A stretch of 62,903 nt of DNA, the filler included, from Octopus bimaculoides (taxonomy: Eukaryota), in assembly GCF_001194135.2 (NCBI RefSeq). It is 5 parts of 4 records of this genome, joined end to end, with 100 filler letters (N's around TTAATTAATTAA, not from the genome) between each part and the next. Parts side by side here need not be neighbours in the genome. Positions count along the whole stretch, not along the records: positions 1 to 15,186 come from NC_068995.1; positions 15,287 to 27,825 come from NC_068985.1; 3 more parts are not named here. One strand, 5' to 3'. The translations under genes were made by a program, and so were the position numbers. Shown piece after piece: positions 13,754 to 23,252 of this stretch. Within the stretch, counting starts at the first letter, position 1. Each line of letters begins with the position of its first letter. Under the pieces are notes generated by a model. That model made no database searches, was not told where the DNA came from, and was given only the letters and a program-made list of their open reading frames with translations.

Positions 13754-13960
13754 TGAAACTCCTTTTATCTGTTATTTGATGAGCAAAATTCTACCATATG
13801 AAAGAGTCAAAATGAAACTGAACTGGCTCTGATGGCTGCTGGTCGTCACACAGGCAAAGCAACTAATAATACGCTTTCTGTAATGAGATATCAATTTTCT
13901 CTAACGTTTGTGGAGAGCGAACGATAAGAAGCTGCACTGTCGATAGACGACAACGACAAC
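13754..13960 (+). repeat. Right arm of the 208-bp inverted repeat
   Basis: tgaaactcc...gacaacgacaac, the reverse complement of 11587-11794. Confidence 0.95.
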
Positions 13961-14299
13961 TGCAACAATAAAACACTTTTCTTTATTAGCCACAATGTCT
14001 TGAAGATATATAAGATGAGCATTAAAGCGTTTACAAAGACATGTGCAATAGATAAACAAATCTATAGAAAGACGAAGCTCATGGACGAAAAACCTGACAT
14101 GATTATATGGGTACAGAATAAAAATTTATAAAAATAAGTTAGTATACAGAAACAAACTCGAGCTATAGTAAAACTTATAAAAATGAAAAGGATATATAAA
14201 ATACAAAAATGTTTTTCAATTCTCTTCCACACGGGGTAGAAACTATTGGTTATGTTAGAGAAGTCAACGCCCTCAGCTGCCTCGTATTACTCGGAGTCT

Positions 14300-14620
14300 C
14301 ATGCTTGAAAAGTGGTTCATTAGCATCTTTGAGTTGTTCGGGATAGATTTATCTTTGCCTAAATCAGTCTTTGAGAGTTTGATCGGAGAGTACATTTAGT
14401 AAAAATAGTCAATGCTTGTCCATTGTTACCATAAAATCCTAGCATATGTTTAGGATGGCAGTTTAGTGCCCATGTTAACAGCCTATTTCATTTCGTATTT
14501 ATGTGGTAGAAACTTGTTTTTATATAAATATTTTATGCATTAGTTTACAATTCATTTCAGGGTAAATTTAGAATTCTTCTACGCTTAGAAATTGTATACT
14601 TCTGAAGTAAACGCTCAGGA
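14300..14620 (-). mobile_element. Penelope-like RT fragment
   Basis: Minus strand reads NMGTKLPS*TYARIL (cf. AMGTKMAPSYANLF). Confidence 0.4.
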
Positions 14621-14875
14621 AAATCAGATATGTTCAGTGAAAGACAGGGTAGTACAATGCGTTTATCAACAGGTTGCTCTCTAAGAAAGGGAGATATTTT
14701 TATACTCATCAATGAATTTATATACTTTTTTTTAACCGATTTAATTCGGTGATTTAATCAATCATATAGACCCCTAATACTCATTTCAATCAGGCACTTG
14801 GTTTATCGATTTCATTTTATCAGGTTTCGGCCGGTCTAACTCTCTCTGTGGAAGAGAACCGAAATTAAGTAAGCT

Positions 14876-14876
14876 C

Positions 14877-14953
<77 letters not shown>

Positions 14954-14970
14954 CCTACCTATCTATCTAT
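14876..14970. repeat. (TATC)n microsatellite
   Basis: Directly visible. The complementary (GATA)n tract is at 53363-53463. Confidence 0.95.
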
Positions 14971-15360
14971 CTTGGCTCCTTCTGGAGTTTATTTCCAAAA
15001 GTTTTTGATTTTTCTCCGGCTTATTTGCCATATTTCGTAAAAGAAATATGGCTAGGCCTTCACACGTGGTCGATTTGCCTCTAACAGCAGACAAGGAGAC
15101 TGACCAACAAGTCGTTCCGCATGAACGAACACAAGACGTAGAGACCAGGAATGCTGCGTTTACTACTTCTGCCTTCACCACCTCCANNNNNNNNNNNNNN
15201 NNNNNNNNNNNNNNNNNNNNNNNNNNNNNNTTAATTAATTAANNNNNNNNNNNNNNNNNNNNNNNNNNNNNNNNNNNNNNNNNNNNCTTAAAGAATGCAA
15301 TAATATTGAGGTACGGTACGTACTCACCACAGATGATGCCGACTGCAGTGTGATAGGTGA

Positions 15361-15649
15361 TGGTGGCTGGATTACGTCAAGAACGCGGAAGCTCCTGCTA
15401 AGATGATTCTGGTATGTCATGTATTCCAACATATAATCTAGAAAGTTGTTGTTATTGTTTAGCACCTTTGTCAGCCTGAGCCAACAGATTTCTTATAGTA
15501 AAGGCTTTTTTTTTTCTGTCGTGACCATCTAGTCTTTTCGTATCTCCTAGAATACATTATTCAATGTGTTCTTTTTTTTTTTTGTTTTTTTGTTTTTTGA
15601 GTCGGTATAATTTGACTTACGGGCGATTCAGCTAGTGTTTGTAGCAGGT
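15361..15649 (+). repeat. Dispersed repeat, diverged copy 1 (copy 2 at 17214-17488; partial relative at 25725-25830)
   Basis: Shared blocks ctgctaagat, atgtattccaacat, cctttgtca, ttctgtcgtgaccatc, gtcggtataatttgac and tagcaggt occur in the same order. Confidence 0.8.
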
Positions 15650-16329
15650 GGTGGTGCCCTGGGAGTTAACGGAAGACGCACACTATCTGCTGCCCTGTAG
15701 AATATCATAATGAGCTTCTGCTGCTGGGGTCGATAGCTTCTCAGGTGCTTGGCATTTGTGCGAACTGAGTTCATTATCAATTATTCTTGTAATTTTTACG
15801 TTACATTCACAATTGGTATCATTTTCAGCGAAATTTTGCAAAAGCTTCTTCCATAAGTACCAACAAACCCAACAACTGTAACAGAATGCAGTCTTGAAGT
15901 GAATTGAAAACTCGAACTAATTGTGTATCAATTGAACGACATGTCACAGAAATTTCTGTTATTTTGAATGATACATTTTACTTTCTGTTGACTTGGCATC
16001 AAGTATCTAATCTAAATAAATCAAGTTTTGTAAAAGAATCGAGATGTGTAAATTCCACACCACAATCAGCTACTAAACTGATTGTGCAGATTCAGTGAAC
16101 TGCGATTCAATCAAAGTAGAACGAATCTCATTTGTTTCATATTTTAGAATTAACCGAAAAAAAATATATAGATGGAACAGTGCTTTCTTTTATCGTTTAA
16201 CTGAAGATGTTGGAATGTGGGAACATATACAATAAACCCACTTTGAAAAAGGAACAGCGTTATCTTCAGACTGAAGACATGTACTGAATATTTGCGACAG
16301 AATGCACTGTTAAAGGTGCGCAAAGACCA

Positions 16330-16555
16330 GATGGTGATGATAGACCGGGAGATTGATTAAGTCTAACCTCCCCGAAACAAGAACGGTCCAACGTCGGGCT
16401 TCCATGGAGTTTTCGTCCACCAAAATCTTTCTTACATGGGACTGGTCAATCCGAAACTATAGCAAAAGCCATTTATCAAAGGTGTCGTGCAGTGAGATTG
16501 AACTCGAAACCAGTTAATTGCGAGCCAAACTTCTAACACACAGTCATGCTTGTAC
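16330..16555 (-). mobile_element. Degenerate tRNA-derived SINE (family B)
   Basis: Resembles the reverse complement of 39135-39310 and is co-oriented with 39845-39995. Confidence 0.55.
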
Positions 16556-16849
16556 TCATTACTTTAACAAAAAATATCTTTGGGTCCTATGGATACAGTT
16601 GAAATATCGATAATAAGCATGCTACCTATACCTAACTCAATCATCAAATATAGGAGTCCATGGGCCTCGAAGAGCACCAGCTTATCATAAGTGTATGGAA
16701 AGTATGTGATTGGAAATATAAACTTAAATCAGTATTGCAACGTTAATCAAAATTTTAACACTCGGTTGCTCGCTAGTATGGCCTGATAACTTATACCATA
16801 TTTTCATTAGTTGTCATAGGTGCCTAGTCATGAATGGACATAGACTTTC

Positions 16850-17075
16850 CCTCTCGATCTGCCAATCCTTAACCGAGCGGAACATCGAGGATATGACAGT
16901 TTGTGACAGTTGGAGGGAGCAAAAGCTACCCTAGTAGTCAGCTGACACTTATTTTTGGTTGAGGAGATAAGACCAACGTGAAATGAAGCGCCCTGCACTG
17001 CCTGGTCCTGAAATCGACTCCACGACTTTATGATAGTAAAGCCAACACCCTAACCCCTAAGACGCGTGTCTTCAC
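16850..17075 (-). mobile_element. Degenerate tRNA-derived SINE with CORE/MIR-like central block
   Basis: gtgaaatgaagcgccct...gaaatcgactccacgac...ccaacaccctaacc reads as a reverse-strand tRNA-like head with A/B boxes. Confidence 0.5.
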
Positions 17076-17213
17076 GTAGCTAACAATTAGTAATGAATAA
17101 ATTATAAAGAAACACTTCACCACATGCCCCTCTAACGAAAAAGGTAATCAGCTTAATAGAATTTCAGTATCGGAAATATAATAATCCTATAGTGAGAAAG
17201 TTAAATTTTAATG

Positions 17214-17488
17214 TGGTGGCTAGATGACGCTAAGAAGCTACTGCTAAGATAATTCTAGTACGTTATGTATTCCAACATGTATCATGGAAAGTTTCTGTTG
17301 CTATTGTTAAGCGCCTTTGTCAACCTGACTCAGCAGATTTCTATAGACAAAAGGTTTTTCTGTCGTGACCATCACATCTTTTTGCATCTCCGAGAATACA
17401 ATGTATTCTTTATCCAATGTGTTCTTTCTGTTTTTCTATGTCGGTATAATTTGACCTGCAAGTGATTCGGCTGATGTTTCTAGCAGGT
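17214..17488 (+). repeat. Dispersed repeat, copy 2 of 15361-15649
   Basis: Colinear shared blocks with 15361-15649. Confidence 0.8.
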
Positions 17489-18060
17489 CGAAAAGACCTC
17501 GTAAATATTTCTTCATTTGCTTTGTATATCAGGAAGTTATCACAAATGGAGAAATCATGAATGAAATATTTGCATAAATTTTATTGCGCACTGAACTCAT
17601 ATGGTTCAAATAGAGAAACTATATATCACCATTTCAATAACAATGATTCACTTGCATTCCACTCGTTCTACATAATTGATTGTAAGAAAACATAGTAAAC
17701 GTAATCAGTACCTTAACCAGCGTAGGATATTCTTCGATACAAAGGAATTCAAAAGACATTGATGATTAAAAAAAAAATTAGTTCAGTAAATGTCTCATTT
17801 TTCTTTGTAAAAGTCAAGTAAGGAACAATCGATTATAATTGTTATTCAAACGAATTGTTCGTTAAAGCTATTTGGGGAATGGGCATTGTCATCTGTCATT
17901 AGGTGTCGTCTGCTTTTGAATAAATAGAATATGAAAGTACGAGGTTACGACTGGACATATTTTTGATAATTCATAAAATAGCATATACTTCTTTCGTCGT
18001 TAACTTCAAAATAACATTGATACGTTTCTGTAAAAGTCGAGGTACTTGTTTTTAGCTTTC

Positions 18061-18114
18061 TACGTCACAAGTATCTCATACGTCATGCAACCGTTTTCTC
18101 CTCGTCATATAAAA
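18061..18114 (+). promoter_or_regulatory. Candidate core promoter of the tandem-CH gene: three CRE-like half-sites and a TATA box
   Basis: TACGTCA at 18061-18067 and 18079-18085, TCGTCA at 18102-18107, TATAAAA at 18108-18114, about 80 nt upstream of the ATG. Confidence 0.5.
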
Positions 18115-18195
18115 TGATTTTCTCTTAAGTTTCAACTTTTAGCTTCTATTTTTTTCTGAATTTGTAGCGAACCAAAACATTTTCGATATTTAAAA

Positions 18196-19482
18196 ATGGT
18201 TCGCATTACAACACTTTCTGAATCCTTCCATTCAAAAGAAGGAAACAAAAATGAAGGAAAATCTGAGGAATCATATGTCTCATTCAATGCAGATTGGACA
18301 ATGATGCTTGAACTGAGTCCCGATGTTTTTCAAACATTGCAGACTATTTTTCACAAAAGTTTCGTTTCCAATTTTCCTTCTGACGAAAGTTTTACTTGGA
18401 GATCTATGGTAAACCGTATCTATAATAGACCGAAGGGAACAAAAATTGAGTGGAATAAACCTAAACGAATTTCTTCGTGTGGTCGTAAAACCCTCATAAA
18501 ATGGGTGAATGATCAATTACAGACGAAATTATTGGATATAGGAGAACTTTCTAGCGGTGTTCACTATTGCTTTTTATTAGATATTTTAGCCCCTAATATT
18601 ATTCATAAAAAGAAAATTAAATTTGAAAAGAAGGCTGAAGCATATGATTACAATTTTAAACTTTTGGAAAAAGCATTTTACGAACTGAAAATCGACAAAC
18701 TTATACCTAAAAAAATCAAAGATAAAAATTTGAAAGAAATTCTTATCTTCACAAATTGGCTTAAATCTTTCTTTGAAGCGAACTTAAATGACGACCTCCG
18801 CGAAGAGTTTCTCACAAACAATCAGGTATATTCATCAAGTATACTCAGTGATGCTTATGAAAGCGATACCGATATGCTAGAAAGACATGATTTAGAAAAC
18901 TCTAAGAGCAAATCAAAAGCTCATTCACAAAGTTCTGTCCTGATGCCACCTTTAAATACAGCTCTAATAAAATATGGTCACGGCGATACATCAGAAATTA
19001 GATATTTAAAAACGCAAAATCGTATCAAGCACGGTTTCGAAACTGAGAAATGTCATTCAACGATAGACCCCCAAACGACACCCAATTTCTTGCCACGGTT
19101 GATTAAACCGAAGCGGGTTGGCATGTACGGAAGAAAAACACTTATAAACTGGATCAGGAGAACTCTCGCTGTTGACATCAACGATTTGAATCAGTTGTCT
19201 GATGGTATTGTTTTTTGTCTTATAATGAACTATTTAGATCCAATAGTGCTACCGAGATACAAGATTAAATCCAAGTCAGATGCATCAGGTTTCCTACAAA
19301 ATTATCGTTTGCTCCAAGCCGCCTTCATCCACCACAAAATAGATAAAGTTATCCGAGTTAATAAACTCATTGCGTGTAACATGAAGGAAATTTTGATGTT
19401 TACAAATTGGTTAAAGGCTTTTCTAGAATACAATTTAAATCGAAACGAAGTAAAATCGTCGGATTCAACAGAAGATCGTTGA
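18196..19482 (+). CDS. Intronless EB1/MAPRE-like protein with two tandem calponin-homology domains (428 aa), lacking the EBH domain
   Basis: Uninterrupted 428-aa ORF with start context aaaATGG. Residues 96-196 (18481-18783) and 312-413 (19129-19434) each align by eye to the EB1 CH pattern (LLxWVNxxL..ELxSG..YC.LLD...KIKF...YxxNFKLL.KAF....IDK.I......W.K.FF..N). No coiled-coil/EBH segment or EEY/F tail follows; the ORF ends SSDSTEDR. Confidence 0.9.
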   Translation: MVRITTLSESFHSKEGNKNEGKSEESYVSFNADWTMMLELSPDVFQTLQTIFHKSFVSNFPSDESFTWRSMVNRIYNRPKGTKIEWNKPKRISSCGRKTLIKWVNDQLQTKLLDIGELSSGVHYCFLLDILAPNIIHKKKIKFEKKAEAYDYNFKLLEKAFYELKIDKLIPKKIKDKNLKEILIFTNWLKSFFEANLNDDLREEFLTNNQVYSSSILSDAYESDTDMLERHDLENSKSKSKAHSQSSVLMPPLNTALIKYGHGDTSEIRYLKTQNRIKHGFETEKCHSTIDPQTTPNFLPRLIKPKRVGMYGRKTLINWIRRTLAVDINDLNQLSDGIVFCLIMNYLDPIVLPRYKIKSKSDASGFLQNYRLLQAAFIHHKIDKVIRVNKLIACNMKEILMFTNWLKAFLEYNLNRNEVKSSDSTEDR

Positions 19483-19586
19483 TCTTCTACACAAAATGTT
19501 TATTTCGAAGAATTTATAAAAAAAAGTTCGCAACAGCAAGAGTACATGTTTTTTCGCTTTGAACATTTTTTCTAATGCCACCTACA

Positions 19587-19592
19587 AATAAA
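19587..19592 (+). promoter_or_regulatory. Candidate polyadenylation signal of the tandem-CH gene
   Basis: AATAAA about 105 nt after the stop codon. Confidence 0.5.
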
Positions 19593-20044
19593 CACACACA
19601 CACACACACACACAAACTCATATATGCGTATGCAAATATACACACTCGCACATGTATAAGTATGCTAGTGCATGCGATTAATCAAATTTTTTTGACACGG
19701 ATATTTAATATAGATGGTTCTATTTTCTGTCTTTAAGTTTCAGTTCTGGCCATGCTGAAACTTTGCATTATTCCCAATAGCTTGTGTTTAGGTCTTTGCT
19801 ATTTCAATAGTGAGTCAATGGAATTCGCTTTACCTATTACTAAGTAAAATTGGCTAAAGTTAGGGCTTGGAAAATAAAAATTCTGAGGCCTTCATCCTAT
19901 TCCTTATTTCTTTATGTAAATAATTAAATACCAGGCATTTTCTCACTGTAAGACTGTCTTAATAAGGCTGTTTTTATTAGATTTCACCTGATGCGATTTT
20001 AGCAGTTTAAGATGAAATCTTTCTTCGCTTTTATTTATTCAATA

Positions 20045-20268
20045 ATCCTTTCTACTACAGGCACAAGGCCTGAAATTTAGGGGAAGGGATAGTTGATTAC
20101 ATCAATCCCAGTACTCAACCGGTACTTATTTGATCGACCCCGAAAGGATGAAAGGCAAAGTCGACCTCGGCGGAATATGAACTCAGAATGTAAAGAGACG
20201 AAATACCGCTAAGTATTTCACTCGGCGTGCTAACGATTCTGCCAGCTCACCGCCTTTCTGCCTTTCTG
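20045..20268 (-). mobile_element. tRNA-derived SINE (family C) with probable 11-bp target-site duplication
   Basis: Minus-strand head ggcggtgagctggcagaatcgttagc and B-box-like gagttcatattcc. tttattcaata flanks both sides (20034-20044 and 20269-20279). Other copies are at 56608-56830 (+) and 31475-31770 (+, decayed). Confidence 0.85.
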
Positions 20269-20539
20269 TTTATTCAATACTGTATGCAAAAGTTTGATAT
20301 TTTACCACCCAGAATCTTCAAGATATAGATGATGTGTACGCTTCCCTTCTACGTGCTAATGTTTAGAGTTCTAGGCGTTGGCGTCGTTCCCAGTAGTTTG
20401 GATGTTTTATTCTGACGCTATCTTAGTGAAAGATTCTTCTAGTTTTCCTAGTAAATATATTTGTCTAGGAATATTTCTGGTTAGCTAGTGTTGTACACAG
20501 CTCAGAACCATGTTCTTTAAAATACCATCATTACTGCAG

Positions 20540-20970
20540 GCTCTCTTATAGAGAAGGGTAGCTAACCAGACGATTTCCGATACGTGTTTTCAAAGCATTT
20601 AACGTGTCTTGTTACAGATTTCTGAGGTGATTAGCATTTTGAAATTGGTTCTTTTTTTTTTTTTTTTTTTTTTTTTCATAGGGTCGTGTAAATCCAGTCT
20701 CTGAATAAGGTTTTAGTTTATCATACCCAACTGACCTTTGCTGAAATGATTTTCATTTTCTTCTTGTGATTCAATACCAAATCATATAACGAGCAGAATT
20801 TATTATCATAAATGTGTCATTTATTATCATTAATTAACATAAGTAACATCTACAACATTCTGTGTACTGGGTACGGATGTCCGATGTTGAAAGACCCAAA
20901 GCACGTAATGACACCAGGAAAACATCACTGATGATGTATCCAGAAACATACAGAATTATGTAAAAATGTG
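20540..20970 (+). mobile_element. Penelope-like 3' end: GIY-YIG remnant followed by a degenerate hammerhead core
   Basis: TRRFPIRV..H-like trace near 20565-20600 and AEMIFI...KSYNEQ near 20740-20795 (GIY-YIG C-terminus). CTGATGA at 20928-20934 and GAAAC at 20943-20947. Confidence 0.4.
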
Positions 20971-21656
20971 CGTTGCATCGCTGAAAATTAATAAATAAGT
21001 ATTGTTTAATACCATTTTATTTGAGATTGCATGTCAAAACTAGAGCGATCATACAGGGTAAGCGTCATAATAGCCATTTAAAAAAATATCCATATATATG
21101 CAGGTATGGTCAATTTTGATTTATTTCTAGATAGTATGTTGCATACTNNNNNNNNNNNNNNNNNNNNNNNNNNNNNNNNNNNNNNNNNNNNNNNNNNNNN
21201 NNNNNNNNNNNNNNNNNNNNNNNNNNNNNNNNNNNNNNNNNNNNNNNTTTTTTTTTATTCGAACATTCTACATGTAACGAGAACAATAGGTATAAACAAT
21301 AACATAAAATTGAAATTTCACATCTAATCCATAACCTAGACTTATGTATTCTGAAAGATGACTTAAATATAGTTAATAAGCTTATACTCAATTCGATTAC
21401 CCTCAGAATTAAAAACAACACCACGAGATAAGCACAATGGGTCTGCTGCACCGCTATTATCCTATGGTTCAACAGTATAGAAAATAAAACTTATATCTCT
21501 TTTCTTGAGTTAGCTGGAATTCAGGCAAACTTTTGCTACCCATATGATAGCAGTCGAGCGATTATCATAAACGTCGGGAAGGAGTACTTTTTTATGACAA
21601 AACATTCTGGTTCAAAACTGCTGCGTTATTTACGCAATGAGTACTTTGAATGTTAG

Positions 21657-22042
21657 GTGGAGGCGCAATGACCCAGTGGTTAGGGCAGTGGACTCGCGGT
21701 CATAGGATCGCGGTTTCGATTCCCAGACCGGGCTTTGTGAGTGTTTATTGAGCGAAAACACCTAAAGCTCCACGAGGCTCCGGCAGGGGATGGTGGCGAA
21801 CCCTGCTGAACTCTTTCACCACAACTTTCTCTCACTCTTACTTCCTGTTTCTGTTGTGCCTGTAATTCAAAAGGGTCAGCCTTGTCACACTGTGTCATGC
21901 TGAATATCCCCGAGAACTACATTAAGGGTACACGTGTCTGTGGAGTGCTCAGCCACTTGCACGTTAATTTCACGAGCAGGCTGTTCCGTTGATCGAATCA
22001 ACTGGAACCCTCGACGTCGTAAGCGACGGAGTCCCAACAACA
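21657..22042 (+). mobile_element. Full-length tRNA-derived SINE (family A) with (CAA)n tail and 13-bp target-site duplication
   Basis: tRNA-like head gtggaggcgcaatgacccagtggttag...ggtttcgattccc. actttgaatgtta is at 21643-21655 and 22043-22055. Near-identical copies are at 54175 and 60853. Confidence 0.92.
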
Positions 22043-22059
22043 ACTTTGAATGTTAAGAG

Positions 22060-22304
22060 AATCCTGATTCTGTAGCCTTAAGTATTGGGACTTATTAGTG
22101 AACCATTTCTTCCAGCCTGTGGCGTTTGAGACGTTTGGAAGGGCTGAGCCGCTAACAGTGAAGTTCTTGTCATCGTTGGCGGTTCGTCTTACCGAGGTGT
22201 CAGGTGATATCCGTGAGGGTGCTTGGCTGTGCCCACGCCTTAGTCTCGCCATCGCCCGTGGTTATCCCACAAGCATGTTGACTTGCTTCAGTAGGTTCCG
22301 ATGA
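22060..22304 (+). mobile_element. CRE-clade non-LTR retrotransposon 3' fragment (restriction-like endonuclease C-terminus)
   Basis: LKYWDLLVNHFFQPVAFETFGRAEPLTVKFLSSLAVRLTEVSGDIREGAWLCPRLSLAIARGYPTSML matches the CRE pattern KY..L...F.PVAvETlG.......FL..L..RL..v.GD.RE..fL.QRLSlAi.RGN. Confidence 0.82.
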
Positions 22305-22381
22305 ACCTTGTGGTGTGCGACCTTTCTCTTCCTTCCTTTCTTTTTCTTTCTTTCTGCCTCTTTTTCCTCTTTGTTTTACTT

Positions 22382-22648
22382 TTCGGTTTTGGATTTGTAT
22401 TTTAATGTAGTTCAGTATTATCTATGAAACATATACATACGTGTCATATATATGTGATTATTACCTCTCTTGGGAATAAAAAACTTTCATTCAGATTTGT
22501 TTTGTTATGCGACATGATACAAAAATGAAACTTCGGTTTGGGATTTGTATTTTAATGTGAATCATATGTGTGATTATTACCTCTGTTGGTAATAAAAAAA
22601 AAATTTTCATTCAGATTTTTGTCACGTGACAAGATACAAAAATAAAAC
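22382..22648 (+). repeat. Imperfect tandem duplication (period about 150 bp, second unit internally deleted)
   Basis: ttcggttt.ggatttgtattttaatgt...gtgattattacctct...ttcattcagattt...gatacaaaaat appears twice (22382 and 22532). Confidence 0.85.
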
Positions 22649-23193
22649 AGCAACGTTGGTGACGCTGTTTTAGCTACATGGATCGTAATCAGAAATCATT
22701 GTACGAAGGACGTCGTAATTAAGCTTACTCTTAATGCAATTCATCGTATATAAAAAGATATGGTATAGCAAATGATACGGCTGAAGATATAAAAATTACA
22801 AAATCTGCTATACAAAACTAAATGGCTTTAAGTGGGTACTCGTATGAAATAGTAAAATACTGCAGCTGCGAAGGTTAGACATTTCTTATTGTTACTGTAT
22901 TATAAACAAGAATACACACATACGCATGCACACACATACGCAATATACATACATACATATATACATACATATGTGTGTGTATGTGGTGTGTATTGTATAT
23001 GTATACGTATGTGTGTATATATGTGTATGTATGCATGTATATTGCGTATGCTTTGAATATATATATGTATATATTCTTACACATGTACAAAAGCATATAT
23101 AATTTATGTATGTATGTATATATATATACGTGTGTGTGTGTGTATATACACACACACACATATATATATAGTTACACACACACACACACGTTC

Positions 23194-23252
<59 letters not shown>

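Noticed and set aside
15187-15286. TTAATTAATTAA flanked by 44 N on each side, repeated at 27826-27925, 38315-38414 and 53581-53680
   Set aside because: Identical 100-bp layout each time, with stops in all six frames. This is an artificial scaffolding spacer, not a biological motif.
15327-15420. Possible minus-strand exon ending at a GTGAGT donor
   Set aside because: Most of it overlaps the dispersed repeat shared with 17214-17488, and the open frame is uninformative.
21657-21735. tRNA-like sequence (also at 54175, 60853, 20190-20254)
   Set aside because: A and B boxes are present, but they continue into a shared SINE body and I could not fold a complete cloverleaf. These are SINE heads, not tRNA genes.
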